From NCBI GenBank assembly GCA_035253585.1, contig DATFBY010000110.1, positions 47,875 to 111,874 of the forward strand: DNA of 64,000 nucleotides, given 5' to 3'. Under the pieces are notes generated by a model. The model had not been told where the DNA came from, did not search any database, and was given only the letters and a program-made list of their open reading frames with translations. The DNA is from Gemmatimonadaceae bacterium. GTDB taxonomy: Bacteria; Gemmatimonadota; Gemmatimonadetes; Gemmatimonadales; Gemmatimonadaceae. Position 1 is the stretch's first letter; each line of letters opens with the position of its first letter. Of this stretch, positions 52,064 to 62,213 are shown piece by piece. A program made the translations under genes and the position numbers.

Positions 52064-53787
52064 TGGGGGAGCCGCCGCTCCGGACGATACGGAAAAACGT
52101 CCATGATCTCACCGGCGCGCTGCCGCTCCTGCATGTCTCGCCAGAAGCGGATCGTGAGGAGATCGGCGTGCTCGTCCAGAAACTCGTCGCGCAATCGCCC
52201 CGGCGGAATCAGAAAAGCCGCGAACTCCTCCGGGAATACGTCGTGCTCGCCGACGTAATACCACGGCTCGGCCGACATCTCTTCGTCCGGATGGACGGCC
52301 TGAGGCAGCTCTCGGAAGACGCAGTCGGTGAGCAGCGTCAGCTCGTCGTAATCGTAGAAGATCACACGCTCGTGACGCGAGACTCCGAAGTTCTTGAGGA
52401 GCATGTCGCCCGTGAAGATGTTCGAGCCGGCCAGCTCCTTGATCGCACGGCCATAGTCGCGGATCGCGTGACGCGCGGCATCGTCGTCGACATCGCGGAG
52501 ATACAGATTGAGCGGCGTGACCCGGCGCTCCGTGTACAGGTGCGTGATCACCACGTGATCGCCGTCCACCTTGACGCTGCCGCCGGCATCGCGTTGCAGG
52601 TGCTCGAGCAACGGCCGGCTGAACGAATCGCGGCGGAATTCGAGGTACTGAAATTCTTGCGCGTCGGCCAATCGCCCGACTCGGTCGCGAAGAAAGACGA
52701 AGTGATACTTCTCCATGACCGCGCGGCGTGTCGTCTTCTTCGGCTGGCCGAAGCTGTCCTTGATGATCTTGAACACGACGTTGAACGACGGGAAGGTGAA
52801 AACGCTCATCACCAAGCCCTGATCGCCTTCGGCGAAGTCGAATTGCGCGTCCGAGTCCGCGAGGTGCTGCACCAGCGCGCGGTACAGCTCGGCCTTTCCG
52901 TGTCGGTTGAAGCCGATGGCGGTGTAGAGTTCGTCCACCCGCTTGAGTGGCATGATCGACGCCAGGAAGTCCACCATCGCGCGCGGCTCTGAGACATCGA
53001 CGCGGAAGTAACGCCAGCTGAAGCCGAACACCACGCTCGCTTCGTCGGACGTCATCAACACGGCGTCGACGAAGATTCCGCGCTCATCGTGCAGCACCGC
53101 GAGAATCAGGGGGATGATCTCGCCATCGCGCACGATGCGTCCCACGAGGTATACGCCTTTGTTGCGGTAGAACGGTGCATCGATGATCTCGAGGCAAAAT
53201 CGGCCGCTTCCGCTAGGGTCCAGTCGCTTCTGTACGATCCGTGCGACCGACGCGGCGTCGCCGTCCAGATCGAGAAATGGCGCGTTCCATCCTGGATGCG
53301 TGACGATTTCGCGTACCAGCTGAGGCTCGAATGCATCACGCTCGTAGACGCGGTAGACTCGCGCGCCAGGCGCCGCCTGCGCCATCAGCTCCTTCGCCGT
53401 GAACTCGATCTCCGGCTCGACGCCGACCACGGTGAAGAACCGCCGCGTGACTGAATTGAAGAAGGTGCGCGCCAGCTCACCGTCCGGTCTGTCGGCCACG
53501 AGCGCCGCATAGCGCGCCTTCACGTCGCGCCAGAGTGCGGGCGATGGCGTGGCGCCGAAGGCATCGGCAAGCCGCAGTCGAATGTCGGTGAGATATTCCT
53601 TGTACAGAGCGAGTCGATCGGTGGCGTCCTGCTGCGCACCGTGCCAGTCGCGCGTCTCGAAGCGATGCTTCGCCAGGCAGGTGAGCTCGCGAAACCGTCG
53701 CTGATACGCCATGTACGTCTCGTAAATCAGCGAAACGGCGTCCTCGGCGGTCGTGCTCGACGTCGCGCGCGCTCGGTTGCCCTTCAT
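52060..53787 (-). CDS. aceK: Isocitrate dehydrogenase kinase/phosphatase AceK
   Basis: Full-length (575 aa) AceK-like sequence. TTGA overlap with the ABC ATPase gene. Confidence 0.85.
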   Translation of the reverse strand: MKGNRARATSSTTAEDAVSLIYETYMAYQRRFRELTCLAKHRFETRDWHGAQQDATDRLALYKEYLTDIRLRLADAFGATPSPALWRDVKARYAALVADRPDGELARTFFNSVTRRFFTVVGVEPEIEFTAKELMAQAAPGARVYRVYERDAFEPQLVREIVTHPGWNAPFLDLDGDAASVARIVQKRLDPSGSGRFCLEIIDAPFYRNKGVYLVGRIVRDGEIIPLILAVLHDERGIFVDAVLMTSDEASVVFGFSWRYFRVDVSEPRAMVDFLASIMPLKRVDELYTAIGFNRHGKAELYRALVQHLADSDAQFDFAEGDQGLVMSVFTFPSFNVVFKIIKDSFGQPKKTTRRAVMEKYHFVFLRDRVGRLADAQEFQYLEFRRDSFSRPLLEHLQRDAGGSVKVDGDHVVITHLYTERRVTPLNLYLRDVDDDAARHAIRDYGRAIKELAGSNIFTGDMLLKNFGVSRHERVIFYDYDELTLLTDCVFRELPQAVHPDEEMSAEPWYYVGEHDVFPEEFAAFLIPPGRLRDEFLDEHADLLTIRFWRDMQERQRAGEIMDVFPYRPERRLPH

Positions 53788-53830
53788 AGCCCTCGGGCTA
53801 ATTTTGTACGCCTCATCTTCAGCTCATCCA

Positions 53831-55087
53831 ATGACGACTTCCACGATGCCCGAATACAAGGCGCTCACCCCGCCGGCCGAGGGCGAGCGCATCGAGATGC
53901 GCGACGGGCGGCTCATGGTGCCCGATCGTCCGATCGTTCCGTTCATCGAGGGCGACGGCACCGGTCCCGACATTTGGCGCGCCTCACAAGTGGTGTTCGA
54001 CGGCGCGGTGAAGAAGGCGTACGGCGCCAAGCGGCGCATCGTGTGGTTCGAGGTATTGGCCGGCGAGAAGGCGAAGAACCGCCTCGACAGCTGGCTCCCT
54101 GAGGACACGCTCCTCGCCATTGCGCACCACCTCGTGGCGATCAAGGGTCCGCTCACGACGCCGGTGGGCGGCGGCTTCCGATCCCTCAACGTAGCGCTTC
54201 GGCAGCAGCTCGACCTTTACGCTTGCGTACGCCCCGTGCGCTGGTTCGAGGGCGTACCCTCTCCCGTGAAGGCGCCGCAGGACGTCGACATGGTGATCTT
54301 CCGGGAAAACACCGAAGACATCTACGCCGGCATCGAGTATCGCGCCAGAAGCGAAGAGGCGGATCGGCTCATTCGGTTCCTGCAGACGGAGCTCGGGGCC
54401 AAGAGCATTCGTTTCCCCGCGACCAGCGGCGTCGGCATCAAGCCGATCTCAGAAGAGGGGACCAAGCGGCTCGTCCGCGCGGCACTCGAATACGCCGTGA
54501 GAAACAAGCGCTCGAACGTGACCTTGGTGCACAAGGGCAACATCATGAAGTTCACCGAAGGTGCGTTCCGCGATTGGGGCTACCAGCTGGCGCGCGACGA
54601 GTACGGCGCGACGGAGCTGGACGGCGGCCCGTGGCTCAAGCTTCCCAGCGGTGTCGTCATCAAGGACGTGATCGCCGACGCATTCCTTCAGCAGATTCTC
54701 CTTCGGCCGAAAGAGTACGACGTCATCGCCACTCCCAACCTCAACGGCGACTACATCTCCGATGCCCTGGCGGCGCAGGTGGGCGGGATCGGCATCGCGC
54801 CCGGAGCAAACATCAATTACGTGACCGGTCATGCCGTCTTCGAGGCGACACACGGCACCGCGCCGAAGTACGCCGGACAAGACAAGGTGAACCCGGGCTC
54901 GGTGATTCTCTCGGGCGAGATGATGCTTCGTTACATGGGATGGGACGATGCCGCCGATCTCATCATCCGATCGCTCGAGCGCACGATCGAGCAAAAGCGC
55001 GTGACGTACGACTTCGAGCGACTCATGCCGGGGTCGACGCTGCTCAAGACCAGCGAGTTCGCCGCGGCGATGGTCGAGAACATGTAG
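53831..55087 (+). CDS. icd: NADP-dependent isocitrate dehydrogenase (AceK-regulated type)
   Basis: Homodimeric ICDH sequence. Divergent from aceK. Start chosen at ATG 53831. Confidence 0.9.
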   Translation: MTTSTMPEYKALTPPAEGERIEMRDGRLMVPDRPIVPFIEGDGTGPDIWRASQVVFDGAVKKAYGAKRRIVWFEVLAGEKAKNRLDSWLPEDTLLAIAHHLVAIKGPLTTPVGGGFRSLNVALRQQLDLYACVRPVRWFEGVPSPVKAPQDVDMVIFRENTEDIYAGIEYRARSEEADRLIRFLQTELGAKSIRFPATSGVGIKPISEEGTKRLVRAALEYAVRNKRSNVTLVHKGNIMKFTEGAFRDWGYQLARDEYGATELDGGPWLKLPSGVVIKDVIADAFLQQILLRPKEYDVIATPNLNGDYISDALAAQVGGIGIAPGANINYVTGHAVFEATHGTAPKYAGQDKVNPGSVILSGEMMLRYMGWDDAADLIIRSLERTIEQKRVTYDFERLMPGSTLLKTSEFAAAMVENM

Positions 55088-55110
55088 ACTCGTTAGGCAC
55101 CGGGCAAACG

Positions 55111-55140
55111 AAAAGGGCGCGCCCCCTCCGGCGCGCCCTT
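55111..55140 (-). terminator. Intrinsic terminator hairpin: 11-bp stem AAGGGCGCGCC/GGCGCGCCCTT with loop CCCTCC, between convergent icd and Plug-domain genes
   Basis: Read directly. The U-tract is on the minus-strand side. Confidence 0.55.
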
Positions 55141-55156
55141 GGCGTTCAGACGGTAT

Positions 55157-55957
55157 TCAGCCCGTCGCGTCTTTCGGCTTCTTGTCCTGCGGCTTCTGAG
55201 TCTCCTTCTCCGCCTCGAGTCGATCCGCCGCCGTGCTCCGTGTCCAGATCGCAATCACGCCGCACCCCGCGTTCATTCGATTCAGCTCCGGCGGAGTCTC
55301 CGCCGGTCCGCGGTAGACCTCGATCGCCTGGATCTCGCTGACCGCCAGGTGATCGAGCTCGAACATCGGAACCACACGACCGTCGAGCCAGTAAAGCGGA
55401 CGGCAACGGCTTCGGCCCATGACGACGATGTTGCTCCCGAAATTCGTGCTCATGATTCGAACGCCGGGCGCGGTGCGGAGCAGCTCGCTCGGACGCGATG
55501 GCGAGCGTCGCTCGATGTCCTTCCGCGTGTAGAACACACCGTAGTACCTGGCGCGCCTGGCTTCGAACTCGGCCATCGGCTCCACGGGTGGGACGCCGGT
55601 CTCGGTCGTCGTCACAGTGTCGAGCACGGCAGGAATCAGAAGCAGCTCGACGTTGATCTCGCGATGCTCCCCTGCGCGCACGACCATCTCCAGCTCGATC
55701 GGCTGGAAGCCGAAGCGGCGCACTTCCATCACGATCTCGCCGATCGGGACCGCCGACAGCCGATATTCCCCCCGCTCGTTCGACTGCGCACGGGAAGCCG
55801 ATCCTCGGATGCGGATCTCCGCGGACTGAAGTCCGAATCCACTCGAGTCGTGCACCACGCCAGAGATCGACGATGGCGTTGCCTGCGCGGTGAGGGCGCT
55901 GCCCGCCACCGCGTCCGAGAGCTGCGCCGCGAACAGCATGGCGCCGCCCACGAGCAT
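55157..55957 (-). CDS. Secreted CarboxypepD_reg-like + TonB-dependent-receptor Plug domain protein, with no β-barrel
   Basis: Signal peptide. A Plug-like C-terminus (ELLRTAPGV…YWLDGRVV…IEVYRGPAETP…GCGVIAIWTR) is present. Start at ATG 55957. Confidence 0.55.
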   Translation of the reverse strand: MLVGGAMLFAAQLSDAVAGSALTAQATPSSISGVVHDSSGFGLQSAEIRIRGSASRAQSNERGEYRLSAVPIGEIVMEVRRFGFQPIELEMVVRAGEHREINVELLLIPAVLDTVTTTETGVPPVEPMAEFEARRARYYGVFYTRKDIERRSPSRPSELLRTAPGVRIMSTNFGSNIVVMGRSRCRPLYWLDGRVVPMFELDHLAVSEIQAIEVYRGPAETPPELNRMNAGCGVIAIWTRSTAADRLEAEKETQKPQDKKPKDATG

Positions 55958-56009
55958 CCGACTCGTTAGGCAGCCGGGTTGGCGACGGCGTGCACGCGTG
56001 GTCATTGTG

Positions 56010-56780
56010 TCACCCCGCTTCGGGATCGCGTGTCCAAATGACGATCACCCCGCACACCGCGTTCATGTGATTGAACTGCGGTGGCGTTTCGGACGAGCCC
56101 TTGTACAGCTCGATCCCTTCAATGTCGTTCGGCGGTATCAAATCCAGCTCGAATCCCGGCTGATATTGACCGTCGACGATGTAATACGGCTGACACATGC
56201 CGCGCACGATCCGCAGCGAGTACCCGCCGAAGCCGCCGCCTTTCACGATCACGCCCGGCACGGTGCGGAACATGTCGCTCAAGTGCTGCGGCTGCTCCTC
56301 CTCGATCTGCTCGCGCGTGACGAAGACGCCCATCCCCGCGCGCCGCCGCCGCTCGAAGTCGAGCATCGACCGCGTCACTTCCCGGTCGCGCTCGCTCACC
56401 GTCACTCCGGCCAACCGGCGTGGTACCACGCGCAACGTCAGATCGACCTCGAGACGCTCCCCTTCGACGAGCGTGGTGTCGATCGCCATCGTGCGGTACC
56501 CGATGCGCCGAATCTCGACGTACACGTGCCCGGGCTGAAGATTGCGAAGCGTGTACGCGCCGGCGGTATCACTGCGCGTCCGTCGGCCACTCTCGCGCTC
56601 CCACAGCTCCACGGCCGCGACAGGCGCGCCCGTGCTGTCGCGAATGACGCCGTGAATGGTCGCTGGGAAGCTCTGCGCCGGTGCCGAGGACGGGTATGCG
56701 ACGGCGCTCGCGACGATCGCGAGTAGGGCGATGGTGCACGCGAGTGGGAAGAGCCGCGTACGCAACACTTTCGCCTCCAC
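56010..56780 (-). CDS. Paralog of 55157..55957: CarboxypepD_reg-like + Plug domain only
   Basis: Same architecture (…MFRTVPGV…YYIVDGQ…IELYKGSSETP…CGVIVIWTRD). A low-GC promoter-like region lies upstream. Confidence 0.55.
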   Translation of the reverse strand: MEAKVLRTRLFPLACTIALLAIVASAVAYPSSAPAQSFPATIHGVIRDSTGAPVAAVELWERESGRRTRSDTAGAYTLRNLQPGHVYVEIRRIGYRTMAIDTTLVEGERLEVDLTLRVVPRRLAGVTVSERDREVTRSMLDFERRRRAGMGVFVTREQIEEEQPQHLSDMFRTVPGVIVKGGGFGGYSLRIVRGMCQPYYIVDGQYQPGFELDLIPPNDIEGIELYKGSSETPPQFNHMNAVCGVIVIWTRDPEAG

Positions 56781-56958
56781 CGACTACTAGCAACACGGAG
56801 GGCAAATAGGCCAGTCGTCAGGCCCTTTACATATATGGCATCCGCATTTATCGGGCACAATGCGCCTGGGACCGGCGCCCGGTCGCGCGGGACATCCAGA
56901 CCGTGTAACACCGTCAGCGCCCATCCGCTGGGACGTCTCGTCCCAGCGCACGCTATCC

Positions 56959-59442
56959 CTATTTGTCGAAGCCCTTTGGGGCGAATGTCAGCGTGAAGAG
57001 ATAGCTCTCTTCGCCACGTTCCGACTTGGGGAAGATCCAATTTCGGACACGCTCGCGCACGCAGCTTTCGACCTTGGTTGCGGTCTTTCCAGCCATCTGG
57101 CGTTTGGTGATGGCAGCCGAGTGGACGCGGCCGGTGATGCCGACCTTCGTAGAAACCGTGAGCGATCCGGCGAGCTTCGGCTCGATTGCCAGTCCGTCGA
57201 GATAACACAGCTCGAACTGGAGGCGCTGCCCCTTCAGGAATTCGCGCACCTGATCAGGGTCCTTCGTCGCCACTCGAACGCGCTCGGCTTCCTCGCTGAG
57301 TGGAGCCGGCCGGTTCTCGAACCGAATCGAGTCGACCGGAATCGCGGAGCCCGGTGCCTCGCCGCGCTCTTTCCGTGATTTCTCGTAGGCGCGCATTGCG
57401 AGCGTGATGAAGTCTTCCGCTTCCCGAACCTTGTGCTCGTTGGCGCTGTCGCGCGCCGCTCGCTGCGCCGCCGCACGGTCGGCTGCCGCCTTCTCGGCCG
57501 CCGCTTTTTCCGCCGCTGCACGCTCCGCTGCGGCCTTCTCCGCCGCCGCCCTCTCTGCTGCCAATCTCTCGCGCTCGGCCTTCTCGGCCGCGGCCCTCTC
57601 TGCTGCCAATCTCTCGCGCTCCGCCTTCTCGGCCGCGGCGCGTTCCGCGGCAATTCGCTCCCGCTCGGCTCTCTCCGCAGCGGCTCGCTCGGCTGCCAGT
57701 CGCTCGCGCTCCGCTTTCTCGGCGGCGGCGCGTTCGGCCGCCAGCTTCTCCGCGGCTGCCTTCTCGGCTGCTAGACGTTCGCGCTCTGCCTTCTCGGCGG
57801 CTGCTCGCTCCGCGGCGAGGCGTTCTCGTTCGGCGCGCTCGGCGGCAGCCTTCTCCGCCGCGGCTTTCAATGCGGCAGCTCGCTCCGCGACACGTCGCTC
57901 GGCATCGGCCTTTTCCGCGGCGGCTTTCTCGGCCGCGGCACGTTCCGCTGCCGCTCTCTCTGCCGCGGCACGCTCGGCTCTTGCTTTCTCCGCGGCGGCT
58001 CGCTCCGCGGCGGCCTTTTCCGCGGCGGCCTTTTCCGCTGCCGCTCTCTCCGCCGCGGCTCTCTCCGCTGCGGCTTTTTCTGCGGCACGCTTCTCAGACG
58101 CAAGGCGCTCAGCTTCCGCTCTCTCGGCCGCGAGCCGCTCGCGTTCAGCCTTTTCAGTCGCGGCGCGCTCGGCGGCAGCTTTCTCGGCGGCCAACTTCTC
58201 GGCTGCTGCTCTCTCGGCGGCCGCTTTCACCGCCGCGGCCTTCTCCGCGGCGATCCGTTGCGATTCGGCTCTTTCCGCCGCAGCCCGTTCGGCGGCGGCT
58301 CGCTCCGATGCCGCTCTTTCGGACGCCGCGCGTTCAGCCGCCGCGCGTTCAGCCGCCGCGCGTTCAGCCGCCGCGCGTTCAGCCGCCGCGCGTTCAGTCG
58401 CCGCGCGTTCAGTCGCCGCGCGCTCCGATGCCGCCTTCTCCGCCAGAGCCTTCTCCGCCGCCGCTCTCTCCGCTGCGGCCCTCTCTGAGCGAGCGCGCTC
58501 TACCGCCGCACGCTCCGCCGCCGCGCGCTCCGCCGCGAGCTTCTGCCGCTCACGCTCGAGCGCCGCTCGTTCCGCTGCGATCTTTTCTTCGGCGGCCCTC
58601 GCCGCGGCCAGACGCTCTTCCGCCGCCCGCGCGGCAGCGGTCCGCTCCGCCGCCTCTTTTTCCCTCGCCGCGCGTTCCGTTGATTCGAGCGTCGTGCTCG
58701 CCGTCGAGCGCTCCCGCGGCGCCGCTTGCGCGGGCTGGGCCGCCTGACGAGCGCTCGGCCGCTCCGCGGTGCCAGTAGCAGCGGAAGGCGCCGGCGCGCG
58801 CTCTTCGGGCGTCAGCATCGCCACGCGTTGCTCGGCGGGACCATTAGCGCTCGGCGCGGTGCGCGCCGACGCCACTGTCCGCGAAGGCGACGTCATCTCC
58901 CGAGTTCGGTTCGCCGCCTGCGCCAGGGCCGGGAGCAGCTCGCCGATGGACATCTCCGGCACTCGAACGACGAGCCCCTCGTTTCCCGCACCGATCCTGA
59001 TGATCAATCCAGGATAGTCACCCTCCGTGTACAGCTCGAAGATCACGGCATCGCTCGAGAGCCCCGCGGTACGCAGCGTCGGCTCGGCGCGCCCCATGAC
59101 CCGACGCCGTGGCCGACCGAGGATCGTGTTGGCGGAGTCGATCCACGCCAGCAGCGAGAACGCGTCGAGAGTTTTCGGTTTGGTGAAGGCGTCACGGTAG
59201 CCGGGCGACGCGAACAACTGTACCATCCCGTTGTTGGTCGCTCGCACCCAAACCGTCGCCGCTCCAAACTGAAAGGAGCCGGTCTCCTCGAACCGCGTCT
59301 GCGCCGTCAGGGGCGCCGCGTGAACGGCCAGAGCACCGATCGCGGCGAGTAGGGGTAGTGAGAGTACCGGCGTAAATGCCGTTCTGACCTGGGCGAGACG
59401 CACGACGACAAGACTCCAAAAGTGGGGGTCTCTCTCCTCCAT
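56959..59442 (-). CDS. Secreted ~830-aa protein with a ~400-aa (A-A-E-R/K-A)n low-complexity tract and a conserved C-terminal domain
   Basis: Signal peptide present. The tract is encoded partly by perfect 15-bp tandem repeats. Confidence 0.5.
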   Translation of the reverse strand: MEERDPHFWSLVVVRLAQVRTAFTPVLSLPLLAAIGALAVHAAPLTAQTRFEETGSFQFGAATVWVRATNNGMVQLFASPGYRDAFTKPKTLDAFSLLAWIDSANTILGRPRRRVMGRAEPTLRTAGLSSDAVIFELYTEGDYPGLIIRIGAGNEGLVVRVPEMSIGELLPALAQAANRTREMTSPSRTVASARTAPSANGPAEQRVAMLTPEERAPAPSAATGTAERPSARQAAQPAQAAPRERSTASTTLESTERAAREKEAAERTAAARAAEERLAAARAAEEKIAAERAALERERQKLAAERAAAERAAVERARSERAAAERAAAEKALAEKAASERAATERAATERAAAERAAAERAAAERAAAERAASERAASERAAAERAAAERAESQRIAAEKAAAVKAAAERAAAEKLAAEKAAAERAATEKAERERLAAERAEAERLASEKRAAEKAAAERAAAERAAAEKAAAEKAAAERAAAEKARAERAAAERAAAERAAAEKAAAEKADAERRVAERAAALKAAAEKAAAERAERERLAAERAAAEKAERERLAAEKAAAEKLAAERAAAEKAERERLAAERAAAERAERERIAAERAAAEKAERERLAAERAAAEKAERERLAAERAAAEKAAAERAAAEKAAAEKAAADRAAAQRAARDSANEHKVREAEDFITLAMRAYEKSRKERGEAPGSAIPVDSIRFENRPAPLSEEAERVRVATKDPDQVREFLKGQRLQFELCYLDGLAIEPKLAGSLTVSTKVGITGRVHSAAITKRQMAGKTATKVESCVRERVRNWIFPKSERGEESYLFTLTFAPKGFDK
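58322..58426. repeat. About 7 tandem copies of the 15-bp unit GCCGCCGCGCGTTCA (encodes ERAAA on the minus strand)
   Basis: Read directly. Confidence 0.85.
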
Positions 59443-59541
59443 TCGACGAGGCCACGCGATACTGGCAACAGATCGGAATCGCGTGCCCGGCCGGGGTCGA
59501 ACCGGGACCGCAACGCACCTTGAAGTGTCACCTGACGTGGA

Positions 59542-59910
59542 GTGTGTATGAGATTGTATGTAAACGTATTATGCGTCGCGATCTCAATGAGTTTCTTAAG
59601 TGCGTGCGGTGGGTCCCGTGCTGGGACCGGCACCAATCGCCCGGAAGAGCCGAAGACGTATCTCGTCGTGGAGAATCGCGGGCCCGTCGACATGACCGTC
59701 TACGTGCTTCGCGGGGCGCAGCGTTACCGGCTGGGAATCTGCCCCGGCACGTCCACGCGGCGCTTCGTAATCCCCGGGTCGTTGGTCTTCGGCGCCACGC
59801 CGCTCCGCTTCCTCGCCGATCCGATCGGCAGCAATCGCACGCCGGTCAGCAACGAGATTCCGGTGAGACCGGGAGATGAGGTGCAGTTGCTGATCCCTTG
59901 GTCGAGCTGA
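59542..59910 (+). CDS. Hypothetical lipoprotein (lipobox LSAC)
   Basis: Signal/lipobox. Composition only. Confidence 0.45.
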   Translation: MCMRLYVNVLCVAISMSFLSACGGSRAGTGTNRPEEPKTYLVVENRGPVDMTVYVLRGAQRYRLGICPGTSTRRFVIPGSLVFGATPLRFLADPIGSNRTPVSNEIPVRPGDEVQLLIPWSS

Positions 59911-59922
59911 GCGGCGGGCGTC

Positions 59923-61302
59923 TCAGGCGCGCGGGATTGCGGATGCCATGGGTCGCACCGCGCTCACTGGCGGCAGGGATGCGATCACGCGATCCAGGTG
60001 GTGCATGTAGGCCTCGTACTGCACCGATATCGCGTGACGGGGTGACCTCAGGTACCGGACGCCGCCCGACAGATTAGGCGACTGTCGTATTAAACTCTCC
60101 AGCTTCCGCGCACCGACTCCGTTCGCTTCTCGCGCACGGATCGCCCGCGCGACGAGCTCCGCCTGGCGGCTGATCACCGGGTACGCTCCACCGTCGGTCT
60201 CGAAGAGACCAAGAACGTAAAGATTCGAGTGCCGCCGATGCAGAACGCCGCTGGCCAGATCCGCCATGGGAGACGTCGCCGAGATGATGCCGTCGTCCAG
60301 GAATGGGAAGGCGAGCTGGTAGCCGATCGCCCAGATGATGACGTCCACCTCGACCTCGCTGCCATCGACGAACCGCACTCGCTTCCCCTGGAGCTCCGCG
60401 ACGTCGGGCTTGGCGGTGATGTCGCCGTGCGCGAGATAGTGGAGCAGCTGCGAGTTCACGATCGGATGGCTTTCCAGCACCTTGTGATCGGGTCGCTGCA
60501 GTCCCAGGCGCGAGAGATCTCCCACGAACACCCGAAGCAGGACGGTGAGCAGCGGCTGCGCCAGCCACGTCGGCAGCTCAGGTCCGCTTCGAAAAAAGAG
60601 GTCCGTCGGCTTGCCGAAGATGTGTTTCGGAAGGAAGTAGTAGCCGCGCCGAAGGCTGATCCATGCCTGACGAGCGTTGGCCGCCGCATCACACGCGATG
60701 TCGCACCCGGAGTTCCCTCCCCCGACGATGAGCACGCGCTTTTCACGCAGCTGATTGGCGCTACGGTAGTGAAACGAGTGGTACGCTTCGCCGTCGAAAG
60801 TACCCCGATATCCGGGCGTGCGCGGCATCCACTGATGACCCGCGGCGATTATCAATCCGCGGTATCGTCTGGTTTCGCCTGACGAGAGTCGCACGTCCCA
60901 GCCTGCGTCGCTTGGCGTCGCGCGCTCGACCTCGATGCCGAGCTCGATGTGTCGGCGCAGGTCGTGCTCCACGGCGAAGGATCGCAGGTAGTGGAGTATC
61001 TGTCGCCACCCGGGATAATCCGGATACGACTCGGGCATCGGGAAGTTGGAGAATGCCGACTGCGTCTTGGACGAGATGAAGTGCGCGGACTCGTACATCG
61101 GCGTGCGACCGCTGTCGCCGTTCCAGATCCCGCCAACGTCGTGCTGCCGCTCGATGACGTCGAATGGGATTCCCGCTTGCTTGAGTGCGCGAGCGGCTCC
61201 CAGCCCCGAGGGACCCGCGCCGATGATGCAAAACCTCTCGCATCGGTCGCCGTGCTCGACTTCCGGCTGCTGCTGCGGTGTGCGTAGCTCTGGCGTCGTC
61301 AT
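59923..61302 (-). CDS. Flavin-containing monooxygenase-like FAD/NAD(P)-binding oxidoreductase
   Basis: GAGPSGL dinucleotide fold. A second GGGNSG motif is present. Confidence 0.75.
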   Translation of the reverse strand: MTTPELRTPQQQPEVEHGDRCERFCIIGAGPSGLGAARALKQAGIPFDVIERQHDVGGIWNGDSGRTPMYESAHFISSKTQSAFSNFPMPESYPDYPGWRQILHYLRSFAVEHDLRRHIELGIEVERATPSDAGWDVRLSSGETRRYRGLIIAAGHQWMPRTPGYRGTFDGEAYHSFHYRSANQLREKRVLIVGGGNSGCDIACDAAANARQAWISLRRGYYFLPKHIFGKPTDLFFRSGPELPTWLAQPLLTVLLRVFVGDLSRLGLQRPDHKVLESHPIVNSQLLHYLAHGDITAKPDVAELQGKRVRFVDGSEVEVDVIIWAIGYQLAFPFLDDGIISATSPMADLASGVLHRRHSNLYVLGLFETDGGAYPVISRQAELVARAIRAREANGVGARKLESLIRQSPNLSGGVRYLRSPRHAISVQYEAYMHHLDRVIASLPPVSAVRPMASAIPRA

Positions 61303-61394
61303 GGGCTCAAGATGACTGCCCGGTCCGGCACCAGCAAACCAATCGCCGAGATCCGTTGTCCAACCGCCGAACCCGTTTCAATCTCGGAGGCTCC

Positions 61395-62210
61395 ATGCGC
61401 TCGACTGTCGTCCTCGCGACGCTGCTGATAGGGGTGTCGCTCCCGATCTTGCCCGTGACGGCGCAGGAGAGCGATGAGGAGTGGTTGGAGAGGTGCGATC
61501 GCAACGGGTGGGACAACGACCGGAGAGAGCGTTTCTGTGAGATTCGCGAATACGGATTCCGGCCGAGCGGTTCGCCGATCCAGATCGACGCCGGACACAA
61601 TGGCGGCATCATGGTGCGGGGATGGAACCGCGACAGCGTGGCTGTGAGCGCGCGGATCCAAGTAGAGGCGCGCACGATGGACCGTGCGCGCGAAGCGGCC
61701 AGGGCGATTACAATCGAAGCCGGCCAGAACGGAATCCGGGCGAACCGATCCGATGCTAGCTCGTCGACGGGCTGGTCGGTGACGTTCGTCGTCTATGTGC
61801 CGCACCGCACGTCGCTGCGCGCCGAGACGTACAACGGACCGATCGGTGTCGACGAGGTGACGGGCGACATGACACTCCGTGCGCACAACGGCCCGCTTTC
61901 ACTTCGGAACATCGGGGGCGACGTTCGAGCGCGCACGACCAATGGACCGCTGACGGTTGACCTCGAGGGGAAGAGCTGGCAGGGCGCGGGTCTCGATGCA
62001 GAAACTCAAAACGGGCCGGTGGACCTCACCATTCCTGAGGGCTACTCCGCACGGCTCACGACGGGAACTACGAACGGTCCGATGCGCATCGGCTTCCCGG
62101 TCACTATTCAGGGAAGATTCGACCGGCGCATCAACACGACACTGGGCGAAGGCGGCCCGCCGATCCGCGTCATCACGACCAACGGTCCACTGGTGGTCCG
62201 CCGAGGCTGA
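61395..62210 (+). CDS. DUF4097-family β-repeat (putative adhesin-like) secreted protein
   Basis: Signal peptide. Repeated NGPI/NGPL…G(D)… motifs. GGAGG RBS present. Confidence 0.6.
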   Translation: MRSTVVLATLLIGVSLPILPVTAQESDEEWLERCDRNGWDNDRRERFCEIREYGFRPSGSPIQIDAGHNGGIMVRGWNRDSVAVSARIQVEARTMDRAREAARAITIEAGQNGIRANRSDASSSTGWSVTFVVYVPHRTSLRAETYNGPIGVDEVTGDMTLRAHNGPLSLRNIGGDVRARTTNGPLTVDLEGKSWQGAGLDAETQNGPVDLTIPEGYSARLTTGTTNGPMRIGFPVTIQGRFDRRINTTLGEGGPPIRVITTNGPLVVRRG

Positions 62211-62213
62211 CCC

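Noticed and set aside
56926-56944. Perfect 8-bp hairpin CTGGGACG-TCT-CGTCCCAG downstream of the repeat-protein gene
   Set aside because: No U-tract on either strand, so it is not called as an intrinsic terminator.
59486-59510. tRNA-like T-arm (minus strand CCGG-TTCGACC-CCGG followed by a 7-nt acceptor-like segment) in the 59443-59541 intergenic region
   Set aside because: I could not fold a complete cloverleaf. No matching acceptor 5' strand or anticodon stem was found. It may be a tRNA 3' fragment or att-site remnant, but it cannot be called as a gene.
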